Source: a virus
Length of the DNA stretch: 64,000 bases
Reading direction: 5' to 3' (one strand)
IMG/VR virus record: IMGVR_UViG_3300025082_002887
Location: 20,702 to 84,701 of that record
Made by a program: the position numbers and the translations under genes. The notes under the pieces are model-generated. The model was not told where the DNA came from, made no database searches, and saw nothing but the letters and a program-made list of their open reading frames with translations. This document shows, piece after piece, positions 1 through 9,739 of this stretch; the stretch's first letter is position 1; each line of letters begins with the position of its first letter.

Positions 1-456
1 AAAGACAATGCTTTATATATCACGAATGATCAAGATAACGAAAATGATATGATGGATGACATTGTGCACGAAATTGCGCATGCCGTTGAAGAACAATTTG
101 AAGAACAGCTTTATTCTGATGTCTCAATTGAAAACGAGTTTAGAGGAAAAAGAGAAACTTTATATCACCTTTTAGACCAAGAAGGATATGAGCCCCCCGG
201 GAAACAATTTAATAATATCGAATACAACAAGTATTTTGACCATTATCTTTATAATATTGTAGGATATCCTACGCTAAACGCTTTAATCGCGGGCCTGTTT
301 TATTCTCCATATGCTGTGACGTCTTATCGAGAATATTTTGCAAACGGTTTCGAGAACTATTTTTTAAGAGATCAAAACTATTTAAAGAAAGTAAGTCCGA
401 TATTATATAATAAGATTGTCGACTTATTAGTTGACCAAACAGAAGAGGAATTATAG
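1..456 (+). CDS. Zincin-like metallopeptidase (5'-truncated; frame is open from base 1)
   Basis: HEIAH (HExxH) motif plus downstream REYFANGF, resembling the third-ligand ExFA motif of anthrax-LF-like zincins. Frame 1 has no stop between base 1 and the ATG at 49. Confidence 0.6.
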   Translation, partial: KDNALYITNDQDNENDMMDDIVHEIAHAVEEQFEEQLYSDVSIENEFRGKRETLYHLLDQEGYEPPGKQFNNIEYNKYFDHYLYNIVGYPTLNALIAGLFYSPYAVTSYREYFANGFENYFLRDQNYLKKVSPILYNKIVDLLVDQTEEEL

Positions 457-459
457 AAA

Positions 460-783
460 ATGAATATTAAGTTTATCGATAAGAACACTGTAGAAATTAC
501 AGCATCTTTAAAGTGGATCGCCACGCGCCCACCAGCGTCACAAAGGAAAATTATAAAAAAAGAAGAGTTTATTGCTAAGTTCAAAAAGAAACACCCTTCT
601 TATACTGTAGAAAAAGTCGAAGGCCCCGATAAGATTTCCAACTTTAGAGAAGAAAGACAGTCTAAAGGGGCATGGGTGCTCACGGTATCGAAAATTGAAA
701 AAAGCAAGCTTGCACCAAAAAAAGTAAAAAAAGTGATCACTAAACCGCAACAGCCACAAAAAGAAAAGAAACAAGGTGTTTAA
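460..783 (+). CDS. Hypothetical basic protein
   Basis: 107-aa ORF tightly packed between neighbours (TAATG overlap with the next gene); Lys-rich; no recognisable motif. Confidence 0.7.
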   Translation: MNIKFIDKNTVEITASLKWIATRPPASQRKIIKKEEFIAKFKKKHPSYTVEKVEGPDKISNFREERQSKGAWVLTVSKIEKSKLAPKKVKKVITKPQQPQKEKKQGV

Positions 784-1559
784 TGCCCCACATATCTTTC
801 TCAGAATTAAAATTATGGAATGAGTGCCCCTGGAAACACAAGCTCGTTTATTTAGATGGCATCAAGGCCTTTGAGGGCAATGAGCACACAGCTTTTGGTA
901 CAGCAATTCATTCTGTTTGTGAACAACTGGTCGAGAATAATATTAAAAATGCAGCTGAATATTTTCAGGAACAATTTTTAAAAGAACTACAAGAATTACC
1001 AAAAGATTATGAATTGAAAAAAGATCTTGTTACTAGTATGCGTATGCAGGGATGTATGTTGATTGGCCATATATTGCCATCATTAAAAGATTATTTTGGA
1101 AGTTATGAGTTGGTTTCTGTTGAAGAAAAACTATATGTGCCCATTGAAGGATATGACGATTATAATTTTAAAGGGTATATTGATTTGGTTTTGAAAACTT
1201 CTGATGAAAAATATCATATTATTGATTGGAAGACGTGTTCTTGGGGTTGGGATCCACGACGCAAAAGTGATAGAATGACAACATATCAATTAACACTATA
1301 TAAGCACTTCTTTTGTATTGAACATGGTATAGACACGTCAATGGTAGACACACACTTCGCGCTGCTTAAAAGAACAGCCAAAAAAAATAATATAGAGTTA
1401 TTTAAAGTTACTAGTGGTAATAAAAAAACTGAAAATGCCCTTAAATTATTGAATAAATCTCTTTATAATTTAACTAATAAAAATTATATTAAAAATCGCG
1501 CGGCGTGCCAAGGAAGATTTGGCCCCTGCGAATTTTTAAAATCACAACATTGCAATTAA
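783..1559 (+). CDS. PD-(D/E)XK nuclease, Cas4/AddB/RecB-like, probable Fe-S cluster
   Basis: SFSEL..ECP N-terminus, GTAIH, GYIDLV, IIDWKT, QLTLY; one N-terminal Cys and three C-terminal Cys (CQGRFGPCEFLKSQHC). Confidence 0.85.
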   Translation: MPHISFSELKLWNECPWKHKLVYLDGIKAFEGNEHTAFGTAIHSVCEQLVENNIKNAAEYFQEQFLKELQELPKDYELKKDLVTSMRMQGCMLIGHILPSLKDYFGSYELVSVEEKLYVPIEGYDDYNFKGYIDLVLKTSDEKYHIIDWKTCSWGWDPRRKSDRMTTYQLTLYKHFFCIEHGIDTSMVDTHFALLKRTAKKNNIELFKVTSGNKKTENALKLLNKSLYNLTNKNYIKNRAACQGRFGPCEFLKSQHCN

Positions 1560-1568
1560 GAGGCCCGC

Positions 1569-2837
1569 ATGAGCGAAAAAATTAAGATCATGACTATTAG
1601 TGATATGCCTTTTGCACCTTCTGGTGTGGGCACACAAACAAGATATATTATTGAGAATATGTTAAAAACTGGCAAATACAAATTTGTTAGCTTAGGGGGC
1701 GCTATGAAACACGCCTCGCACAAACCGATTACAACTGAAGAATGGGGCGAAGACTGGATTACTTTTCCAGTAGATGGATACGGCACACAAGAAATTGTAA
1801 GATCAATTCTTCGACAAGAAAAACCTGATATACTTTGGTTTATGACGGACCCAAGATTTTGGGGTTGGCTGTGGGAAATTGAAAACGAAATCCGCCCACT
1901 GGTTCCAATGGTCTATTATCATGTTTGGGACAACTACCCCTACCCAGACTATAATAAAAAGTTTTATGAATCAAATGATTTGATCGCGACAATATCTAAA
2001 GTCACTGATGACGTTGTAAGAACTGTGGCGCCCTCAGTAAAATCAATTTACTTACCGCACGCTGTCAACACAGAAGCATTCAAAAAACACGATTCAGAAA
2101 AAGTTAAATCATTCGTTATGAACAGTTTTGGCGATAAATATGATCCGGATAAATTCATTTTCTTTTGGAACAATAGAAATGCACGCCGAAAACAAAGCGG
2201 CTCATTAATTTTTTGGTTTAAAAAGTTTTTAGATAAAGTGGGACACGACAAAGCTTCTTTAATAATGCATACCGATGTTAAAGATGCTCATGGGCAAAAC
2301 CTTGAAGAGATTGTTAACCATTTAGGAATAAACAATGGAGAAGTGATGTTCTCGCAGAAAAAAATAAATCCAGAAGTATTAGCATTATTATATAATATGG
2401 CTGATTGTACAATTAATATAGCAGATGCAGAAGGGTTTGGTTTATCTACTTTAGAATCATTGGCTTGCGAAACCCCCATTATTGTCAACATGACAGGAGG
2501 CCTACAGGAACAAGTAACAGATGGCGAAGAGTGGTTTGGAATTGGGGTAGAGCCTACATCCAAAGGAATAATCGGCTCACAGGAAATATCTTGGATTTAT
2601 GAGGACCGGCTTTCTGAAAAGGTGGTTGTTGATGCGATGTTAGAAATGTATAACAAGTCTAAAGAGGAAAGATCTGAATTGGGCAGGAAAGGGCGCAATC
2701 ACGTAATGACTAACTATAATTTTGATAATTTTATTAAAAAATGGGATGAAGTGTTTACAATGGTCCACGAAGAATATGGTTCGTGGGGCACGCGAAAACC
2801 ATATGATAATCGCTGGGTTTTAAAGGAGATCGCATGA
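1569..2837 (+). CDS. Glycosyltransferase, GT-B fold (GT4-like)
   Basis: SGVG N-terminal loop, NRNARRKQ, EGFGLSTLESLACETPII donor-binding motif. Confidence 0.9.
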   Translation: MSEKIKIMTISDMPFAPSGVGTQTRYIIENMLKTGKYKFVSLGGAMKHASHKPITTEEWGEDWITFPVDGYGTQEIVRSILRQEKPDILWFMTDPRFWGWLWEIENEIRPLVPMVYYHVWDNYPYPDYNKKFYESNDLIATISKVTDDVVRTVAPSVKSIYLPHAVNTEAFKKHDSEKVKSFVMNSFGDKYDPDKFIFFWNNRNARRKQSGSLIFWFKKFLDKVGHDKASLIMHTDVKDAHGQNLEEIVNHLGINNGEVMFSQKKINPEVLALLYNMADCTINIADAEGFGLSTLESLACETPIIVNMTGGLQEQVTDGEEWFGIGVEPTSKGIIGSQEISWIYEDRLSEKVVVDAMLEMYNKSKEERSELGRKGRNHVMTNYNFDNFIKKWDEVFTMVHEEYGSWGTRKPYDNRWVLKEIA

Positions 2838-4123
2838 AAAAGAAAATATTGGTTAGAGCACCTGTTTTAACGCGGTCAGGCTATGGGGAACATTCTCGAT
2901 TTGTCTTGCGTTCTCTTCGCACACAAGAAGACAAATTTGATATTTATGTGTTTCCTGTGAATTGGGGCAAGTGCGGCTGGATATACGACGATAATGAAGA
3001 GAGAAGGTGGCTGGACAAGCTTATTACCAAGACCGCTCATTATAACCAGGATAAAAATGCATTTTATGATATTAGTATTCAAGTCTCTATCCCAAATGAG
3101 TGGGAGCGCATAGCGCCCATTAATATTGGTGTTACCGCCGGAATTGAAACGAATCGTGTCGCCCCAGTGTGGCTCGAAAGAGCAAACATGATGGACAAAA
3201 TTATTACAATCTCTAGTCATTCAAAAAATGTATTTTTAAACACAGAATACGATGCAGTACACAAAGAAACAGGGCAAAAGCTTCAGCTACGCTGCAATAA
3301 GCCTGTAGAGGTTGTCCACTATCCCACAAAAGAATTTGAAGATCTTAATCTTAATTTAAAATTGGAAACTGATTTTAATTTCCTTGCAGTTGCCCAGTGG
3401 GGCCCCAGAAAAAATTTAGAAAACACAGTAAGATGGTTTGTTGAAGAGTTCATTGACCAGCCGGTGGGCCTTGTTGTTAAAACTTTTATGAAAGGTAATT
3501 CCGTCATTGATCGCACACACATCGATGCGAAACTTACAAATATATTAGAAAAATATAAAAATAGAAAATGCAAAGTTTATTTATTGCACGGAGACATGAC
3601 AGATCAGGAGTTGCACTCCTTGTATAAACACCCGAAAATTAAAGCATTTGTTTCGCTTGCCCACGGAGAAGGTTTTGGACTTCCTCATTTTGAAGCCGCA
3701 TATTCAGGCCTCCCGGTGGTGGCGCCAGAATGGAGTGGGTATCTTGATTTTCTTTGTGCCCCGAGAAAGGATAAAAAAACTGGAAAAGAAAAAATTAAAC
3801 CATATTTTGCATGCGTAGACTGTGATTTACAGCCTGTACAAAAAGAGGCGCAATGGGATGGGGTTATACAAGCGGATTCAATGTGGTGTTTTCCGCAGCA
3901 AGGCTCATATAAAATGAAACTTCGCGAAGTACATAAAGATTATGGGCGATTTAAGAAACAGGCGGATTCGCTTAAAAAATGGATATTAGACAACTTTTCT
4001 GAAAAAAAACAATATGAAACATTTGCTAGCCACTTAAAAGAATATGCCCCCGTTCCGGGCGAGTTCGTATCTAACAATGAAATAGATGATTTATTTAATA
4101 AATTAGCTAAACAGAGTGTATGA
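2834..4123 (+). CDS. Glycosyltransferase, GT-B fold (GT4-like)
   Basis: SGYGEH, PRKNL, GEGFGLPHFEAAYSGLPVV; ATGA overlap with the previous gene. Confidence 0.9.
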   Translation: MKKKILVRAPVLTRSGYGEHSRFVLRSLRTQEDKFDIYVFPVNWGKCGWIYDDNEERRWLDKLITKTAHYNQDKNAFYDISIQVSIPNEWERIAPINIGVTAGIETNRVAPVWLERANMMDKIITISSHSKNVFLNTEYDAVHKETGQKLQLRCNKPVEVVHYPTKEFEDLNLNLKLETDFNFLAVAQWGPRKNLENTVRWFVEEFIDQPVGLVVKTFMKGNSVIDRTHIDAKLTNILEKYKNRKCKVYLLHGDMTDQELHSLYKHPKIKAFVSLAHGEGFGLPHFEAAYSGLPVVAPEWSGYLDFLCAPRKDKKTGKEKIKPYFACVDCDLQPVQKEAQWDGVIQADSMWCFPQQGSYKMKLREVHKDYGRFKKQADSLKKWILDNFSEKKQYETFASHLKEYAPVPGEFVSNNEIDDLFNKLAKQSV

Positions 4124-5736
4124 TCTTTTTTGTTTGCGACATGTTTGCCGAACAGTATGAGGGCGGCGCTGAATTAACTACAGAAGCTATAATTAAAAAG
4201 GGATTATTTCCAGTAAATAAAGTTATTTGCAGCGAAGCCAATCCCGCCATTATGGAAAAGTATAAAGATGCATTTTGGATATTCGGAAATTATAGAGACC
4301 TATCAGAAGAGTGTCTTATGTATGCTGCGAAAAATCTTCACTATAGCGTTTTGGAATATGATTATAAATTTTGTTTCTATCGCTCTATTAAGAAACACGA
4401 ATTTGCGGAAGGAGCTTGTACGTGTGTAACTTCAAGAAAAGGAAAGTTAGTATCCATTTTTTTGCACAATGCAAAAGCCACCTGGTGGATGTCTCAAAAA
4501 CAGATGGAAAAATATCAGAGTCTTTATCCATTTTTGAAAAAGAGCAATAATATAGTATTAAACTCTGTGTTCTCTGATGAAACTTTAGAGTACGTTGAAA
4601 CACTAGATACAGAAAATAAAAATGATACATGGTTGATATTGGATTCTCCTTCTTGGATAAAGGGGGCAAAGGAATCCATCAATTATGCTGAAAAAAATAA
4701 TTTAAAGTATGAACTAATCTGGGATATCCCGCACTCGAAACTTTTAGATAAGCTAGCGCAATCTAAAGGGATTATTTTTTTCCCCCAAGACTCTGATACA
4801 TGTCCGAGGATGACAGTAGAAGCCCGACTACTTGGTTGCGAAATTATATCAAATGACAATATGCAGCATAAAGACGAGCCGTGGTTTAAAAACAAAAATT
4901 CTACCATAAAACACTTAAGGCAGAGAACAAATATTTTTTGGAAAGAGATAGAAAATATCGCTGCCAAAAATCTAAATATTCCGCAAACAATTAGCGTTAT
5001 TAGTGATCTTAAGTTTAAAATTGTAGTTCCGTTTTTCAACTGCGAAAGGTGGATCAAAAAATGTATCAACAGCATGCAAAGTCAAAAATATAAAAATTTT
5101 GAATGTTTTTTGATAGATGATGCGTCAACGGACAATTCAGCAGGCATCGTAAAAAAAGAGATTGCAAATGATTCTAGATTTAATTTAATACAGAATAGAG
5201 AGAAGAAATATGCCCTCTCCAACATTGCCGGCGCAATAGAAGAATTCAATTGCAATGATGATGATGTAATTATTTTACTTGACGGAGATGACTGGTTCGC
5301 TTCTTCGCTAACTTTGAATAAACTTTGTGAGAGCTACGGTGACAAATTAATGACTTATGGAAGTTACGTTTTTAATCCTAGCGGTATAAGAGGTCCTGAA
5401 CCATCAGAATATTCAAATGAAGTGATTAAAACAAGTTCTTTTAGAAAAGATCAATGGAGAGCCTCTCATCTAAGAACTTTTAAATATGAACTATGGAAAC
5501 GTATTGATCATAATGATTTAAAAGATGAGAATGGTGATTATTATAAAATGACTTATGATCAAGCCATAATGTTTCCCTTGTTGGAAATGGCAGGAGATCG
5601 CTCCGCCTTTATACCAGAAATTTTACACGTCTACAACAAAGACAACCCATTAAGTGTCGACAAAAATAAAGCACAAGAACAATGCGCCCTGGCTCAAAAA
5701 ATTCGTTCTAAAAAGACCTATAGCAAATTAGTATGA
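4120..5736 (+). CDS. Two-domain glycosyltransferase (GT-B-like N-terminus + GT2 C-terminus)
   Basis: N-terminal GGAELT and DTCPRMTVEARLLGC; C-terminal VVPFFN...IDDASTD...LLDGDDW (GT2 DxD). Confidence 0.85.
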   Translation: MIFFVCDMFAEQYEGGAELTTEAIIKKGLFPVNKVICSEANPAIMEKYKDAFWIFGNYRDLSEECLMYAAKNLHYSVLEYDYKFCFYRSIKKHEFAEGACTCVTSRKGKLVSIFLHNAKATWWMSQKQMEKYQSLYPFLKKSNNIVLNSVFSDETLEYVETLDTENKNDTWLILDSPSWIKGAKESINYAEKNNLKYELIWDIPHSKLLDKLAQSKGIIFFPQDSDTCPRMTVEARLLGCEIISNDNMQHKDEPWFKNKNSTIKHLRQRTNIFWKEIENIAAKNLNIPQTISVISDLKFKIVVPFFNCERWIKKCINSMQSQKYKNFECFLIDDASTDNSAGIVKKEIANDSRFNLIQNREKKYALSNIAGAIEEFNCNDDDVIILLDGDDWFASSLTLNKLCESYGDKLMTYGSYVFNPSGIRGPEPSEYSNEVIKTSSFRKDQWRASHLRTFKYELWKRIDHNDLKDENGDYYKMTYDQAIMFPLLEMAGDRSAFIPEILHVYNKDNPLSVDKNKAQEQCALAQKIRSKKTYSKLV

Positions 5737-6644
5737 ATATACATTTAGAAAATGTTAATTTACAAAGCACATCCGGTCCAAATCACTTTGCTTCAAAGTT
5801 GATTAAATATTTAGACGCCACTTTTGATTACAATGAGAAACCAGGCGCGAGATTATGTTTTATAGAGTCTCATAGAAGCACGTTCGACGACATACCCTTA
5901 TTTCAAAGGCTGGATGGCATATATTTCAACACAGCACAAGATTACAAATCGCAGAATACAAACATAAAAAGAACTTATGACAATGCAGATGGTGTTATTT
6001 TCCAATCAAACTTCAATAAAGAGCTTATAACAAAGCATTTCGGAGAACATAAAAACTCCACTGTTATACATAATGGTGCTGATGTTGAGTATATTGATAA
6101 AGTTCCACCACTGGAAAATTCAAAATTAGATCAACATGAAAATGTTTGGTGTTGCGCTTCTTCCTGGAGGCCACATAAAAGATTGTCTGAGAATATAAAA
6201 TATTTTTTAGAACACTCTTCTGAAAAGGATTGCTTAGTAATTGCAGGCCCTAAAGATCAAGATATAATTAAAAATGATAGAATTTTTTATGTTGGAAATG
6301 TAAGTATCCTTCCACTTATTTCTTTATATAAAAGATCTAAATATTTCATACATTTAGCATGGCTCGATCATTGTCCAAACGTTGTTGTAGATGCTCGCGC
6401 AGCAGATTGTCAAATTATTTGCACTTCTGCTGGAGGCACAAAAGAAATTGCTGGGCCGAATGCAATTGTGATTGAAGAAGATAAATGGGATTTTGAGCCA
6501 GTTGAATTATATAGCCCCCCCCCATTAGACTTTAGTAAAAAGATTAAAAATGATTGGGAAATAGATTATAATATGAGAGCAGTCGCAAAAAAATATAAGA
6601 ATTTTCTAGAAGGTGTGATAAATGAGAAAAACAAGACATTATAA
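5733..6644 (+). CDS. Glycosyltransferase (GT4-like)
   Basis: SGPNHF, VIHNG, WRPHKRL, DHCPNVVVDA...GGTKEI. Confidence 0.8.
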   Translation: MNIHLENVNLQSTSGPNHFASKLIKYLDATFDYNEKPGARLCFIESHRSTFDDIPLFQRLDGIYFNTAQDYKSQNTNIKRTYDNADGVIFQSNFNKELITKHFGEHKNSTVIHNGADVEYIDKVPPLENSKLDQHENVWCCASSWRPHKRLSENIKYFLEHSSEKDCLVIAGPKDQDIIKNDRIFYVGNVSILPLISLYKRSKYFIHLAWLDHCPNVVVDARAADCQIICTSAGGTKEIAGPNAIVIEEDKWDFEPVELYSPPPLDFSKKIKNDWEIDYNMRAVAKKYKNFLEGVINEKNKTL

Positions 6645-7869
6645 CAATTATAAAGAATACCTAGATCATCAAAAAACCAAGACTCTTGACCCAGCGCGCC
6701 GAAAAAAATGGCTTAATGAAGAGTGGGAATTAAAATTAGATGGTTTTGGGCGGATGTTTGATCGACATATGGGTACTGTTTTACGGCCGGAAATGAAAGT
6801 TTTATGTGTTGGCGCCCGTACAGGTCAAGAAGTAGTCGCCCTTAGAGATAGAAATATTGATGCAGTTGGAATTGATATTGTTCCACACCCACCACACGTA
6901 ATCCAAGGAGACATGCACAATCTAGATTTTCCAGATAATAGTTTTGATTTTGTCTTTTCTAATATATTTGATCATTCGTTGTATCCCGACAAGAAGATTT
7001 CAGAGATAGAAAGAGTATTGAAAACCAATGGACATGTTTTATTACAATTCCAAATTGATATTAGCCAAGATGAATATACAGAAGTTATCGTTAATCGTGT
7101 TGATCATGATGTATTGCCCTTGTTTGAAAAGTCATTTTGTATTGTTAAAGAAAATATTCCAAGAAACTTTGCAGGGATGAATTATGAAGTATTAATGAAA
7201 AAAGATGCGCTTATGTCTTCCTTGTATGATAAGGTTGGCAATGTGACAGAAATCACGTTACCAGAAGAATATAAAAAAATTTGGAATGATATAAATTTGC
7301 CAATTCAAACCAACAAAGGGCATGTACATAATATACAAGGACCCGAGCTTGATGAGTGTTTGAATAAATTATCCAAAAGGGCATATTATCTTGTCTCTAT
7401 AGCAGAACACTTCGGTGTTAAAAACATTGCTGAAGTCGGCACAGCACAAGGATGGCAATTTTACTCTTTCGCTCATTATGCACAAAAAGTTGGTGGCAAG
7501 GTTTATAGCTGCGATATTAAAGATGTTAGAAATGAACAATATAAAAATAAATATTTGAATTCATCTGTATTCTGTTTAGGGGATAGTAAACAACTAGCTA
7601 ATAGATTAAAAGAAGATAATACAAAAATTGATTTATTCTATATTGATGGCGATCACATAGCAAAAGCTGTCTTAACGGACGTGATTAACCTCAGAGATTA
7701 TCAATCGGATCAATGCATATGGGTTTTTGATGATTATGATGCAAGATTTGGGTGCTTTAAAGAGATAGGAATGTTACAACAAATTAATAATAATTTTAAA
7801 GTTTATCGTGTTGGAGATGCAGCCAGCGGAAATCCAAACCATCAAGTTGTTATATTGGGGAAACTTTAA
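6622..7869 (+). CDS. Tandem double class I SAM-dependent methyltransferase
   Basis: Domain 1: LCVGARTG, GIDI, GDMHNLDFPDNSFDFVFS. Domain 2: AEVGTAQG, SCDI, GDS, DLFYIDGDH, VFDDY (Methyltransf_24-like). Confidence 0.85.
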   Translation: MRKTRHYNNYKEYLDHQKTKTLDPARRKKWLNEEWELKLDGFGRMFDRHMGTVLRPEMKVLCVGARTGQEVVALRDRNIDAVGIDIVPHPPHVIQGDMHNLDFPDNSFDFVFSNIFDHSLYPDKKISEIERVLKTNGHVLLQFQIDISQDEYTEVIVNRVDHDVLPLFEKSFCIVKENIPRNFAGMNYEVLMKKDALMSSLYDKVGNVTEITLPEEYKKIWNDINLPIQTNKGHVHNIQGPELDECLNKLSKRAYYLVSIAEHFGVKNIAEVGTAQGWQFYSFAHYAQKVGGKVYSCDIKDVRNEQYKNKYLNSSVFCLGDSKQLANRLKEDNTKIDLFYIDGDHIAKAVLTDVINLRDYQSDQCIWVFDDYDARFGCFKEIGMLQQINNNFKVYRVGDAASGNPNHQVVILGKL

Positions 7870-7877
7870 GGAAAAAA

Positions 7878-9119
7878 ATGTTAAAAAGTTTAGAATTTAA
7901 ATCATTTGAGTTTAACTCGCGCAAAGAAACATTAATCGGCATCGACGCAACTAGAAAGTACGTAATCAAGATACAGATTATAAAAAATAAAAACAAAGCC
8001 AACAGTATAGAACAAGAATACGAAGTGATGAAACATTTAAATAAGAATGGTTGCGTAACGTGCCCAGAAGCATATGAGTTGGGGACAGTACAAAAATCAG
8101 AAATTTATCCTAAAACAAGAGAAAACAATATTTTAGATTCTATTGATAAAACAAAATTTGAATATATTATTCAAGAGTATATCCCAGACAGCGGAACACA
8201 CAAATTAGCAGATATAGTGTTAGCCCTTATTGAACAAAAAAAATTAGGAGTTTATCAAGGGGACGTAAAGCCAGATAATGTTAGATTTGATCCGAGTAAA
8301 AATATTTGTTATTTTATTGACTACGATCAGTCTATTTTTCTCAGTGATGAACAATCTAATCTAGATAATATTAGTTTTTTAAATTTTTGTTCTGAGTATG
8401 ATAAAGCCAAGTATGGCTTCGGCAATTGGCTTCGACATTTTTCTCGGTATACAGAGCGTAATGTAACATCTTTGTTTAGTAATAAGGCTTTCAATCTTGA
8501 AGCTACTACTGTTTTTAAAACTCAAAAGACTACTAATTCTGCAAGTGGCATATACCACTCTATTGATGAAAGAGACATTTTTATTAATGGCTCAAGGGCG
8601 CTGGATGTTCGTGCAAAACTATTGGATGAATGTACTTTTGATGCAAATGAAAGAGTTTTAGATATTGGTTGTAATGCGGGGCTGCTTAGCATGTATCTTC
8701 ACGATAGGGGATGCCGAACAGTTGGAGTTGATAACGATCCTCATATTGTTGTTGCATCTAAAATTATTTCAAACATTCTTGGGAAAAACATTGAGTATTT
8801 TCATCTAGATTTAGATCGCACAGAACAGGTAGAAGACTTTGATACAATAATGTTGTTTTCAGTAATTCACCACACCAGAGACCTTGTTAAGAATGCTAGA
8901 AAAATAGCAAATTCATGTTCTAGGTTTTTTTTGGAAACCAGATTAATTGAGAGCGGTAAACAACCATATGGAGATATATGGGTAGACACGACAAGATGGT
9001 CTTTTGATACTGTTGATGAATTGGTTTCTTTTTGTGAAAGTATTTTTGAAGGCTTTAAGTTGAAAACTAACTTAGGAATGGCAGATAAAGATCGTTATAT
9101 ATTAGAGTTTGTTAAGTGA
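7878..9119 (+). CDS. Kinase-like domain fused to a class I methyltransferase
   Basis: YVIKIQ (beta3 Lys), IEQEY, QEYI, QGDVKPDN catalytic loop and FIDYD; then VLDIGCNAG, GVDND and FSVIHH. Confidence 0.8.
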   Translation: MLKSLEFKSFEFNSRKETLIGIDATRKYVIKIQIIKNKNKANSIEQEYEVMKHLNKNGCVTCPEAYELGTVQKSEIYPKTRENNILDSIDKTKFEYIIQEYIPDSGTHKLADIVLALIEQKKLGVYQGDVKPDNVRFDPSKNICYFIDYDQSIFLSDEQSNLDNISFLNFCSEYDKAKYGFGNWLRHFSRYTERNVTSLFSNKAFNLEATTVFKTQKTTNSASGIYHSIDERDIFINGSRALDVRAKLLDECTFDANERVLDIGCNAGLLSMYLHDRGCRTVGVDNDPHIVVASKIISNILGKNIEYFHLDLDRTEQVEDFDTIMLFSVIHHTRDLVKNARKIANSCSRFFLETRLIESGKQPYGDIWVDTTRWSFDTVDELVSFCESIFEGFKLKTNLGMADKDRYILEFVK

Positions 9120-9739
9120 GAGATATAGCGATTAAGAAAATATGTAGTAAACTAATTGATAGATATCATATAAATTTAGATGATAAAACTGCACTAGATT
9201 TTTTTGCCAGAGAAGGAGATTGGCAGACGTCTTATTATGCCAATAAAATAAAGAAAATTTATGCATGGGAAATCAACCCTAGGCACGAACAAAATTTAAA
9301 ACAAAATTTACCTGAAAATGCTGATGTAACCATAGGAGATTCATTTGTATTGGCAAAACAAAACAATATCTTTTTTGATATGGTTGTTTTAGATAACCCA
9401 CAGGGATGTTATGGCAAAAATAAAATGTATTGCGAGCACTTTGAAGCATTAGAGCTTTCTCTTGATTTATTAAAAAACTCCGGCGCCCTACTGATTTTTA
9501 ATGTTAAGGCACAACCATTTAATTATGCGGATAACAAACAATGGCAAAAAAGACGTAATGATTTTTATTCATTAGGGGATTGTTCTTGTCTTTCTAAAGA
9601 ATTTATATTTAGTTTTTATGAAAATTATTTTAACATACGAGGATATGTAACTAAGTTTGCTTTTATAGAAACCCGACCACAAGAGCCTGGATTATATGCT
9701 TTTGTAACACAAATAGTAAGGATTGCTGATGATAATTGA
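9116..9739 (+). CDS. Putative SAM-dependent methyltransferase
   Basis: ALDFFAREG, AWEIN, IGDSF, DMVVLDNP; GTG start overlapping the upstream stop. Confidence 0.65.
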   Translation: MRDIAIKKICSKLIDRYHINLDDKTALDFFAREGDWQTSYYANKIKKIYAWEINPRHEQNLKQNLPENADVTIGDSFVLAKQNNIFFDMVVLDNPQGCYGKNKMYCEHFEALELSLDLLKNSGALLIFNVKAQPFNYADNKQWQKRRNDFYSLGDCSCLSKEFIFSFYENYFNIRGYVTKFAFIETRPQEPGLYAFVTQIVRIADDN

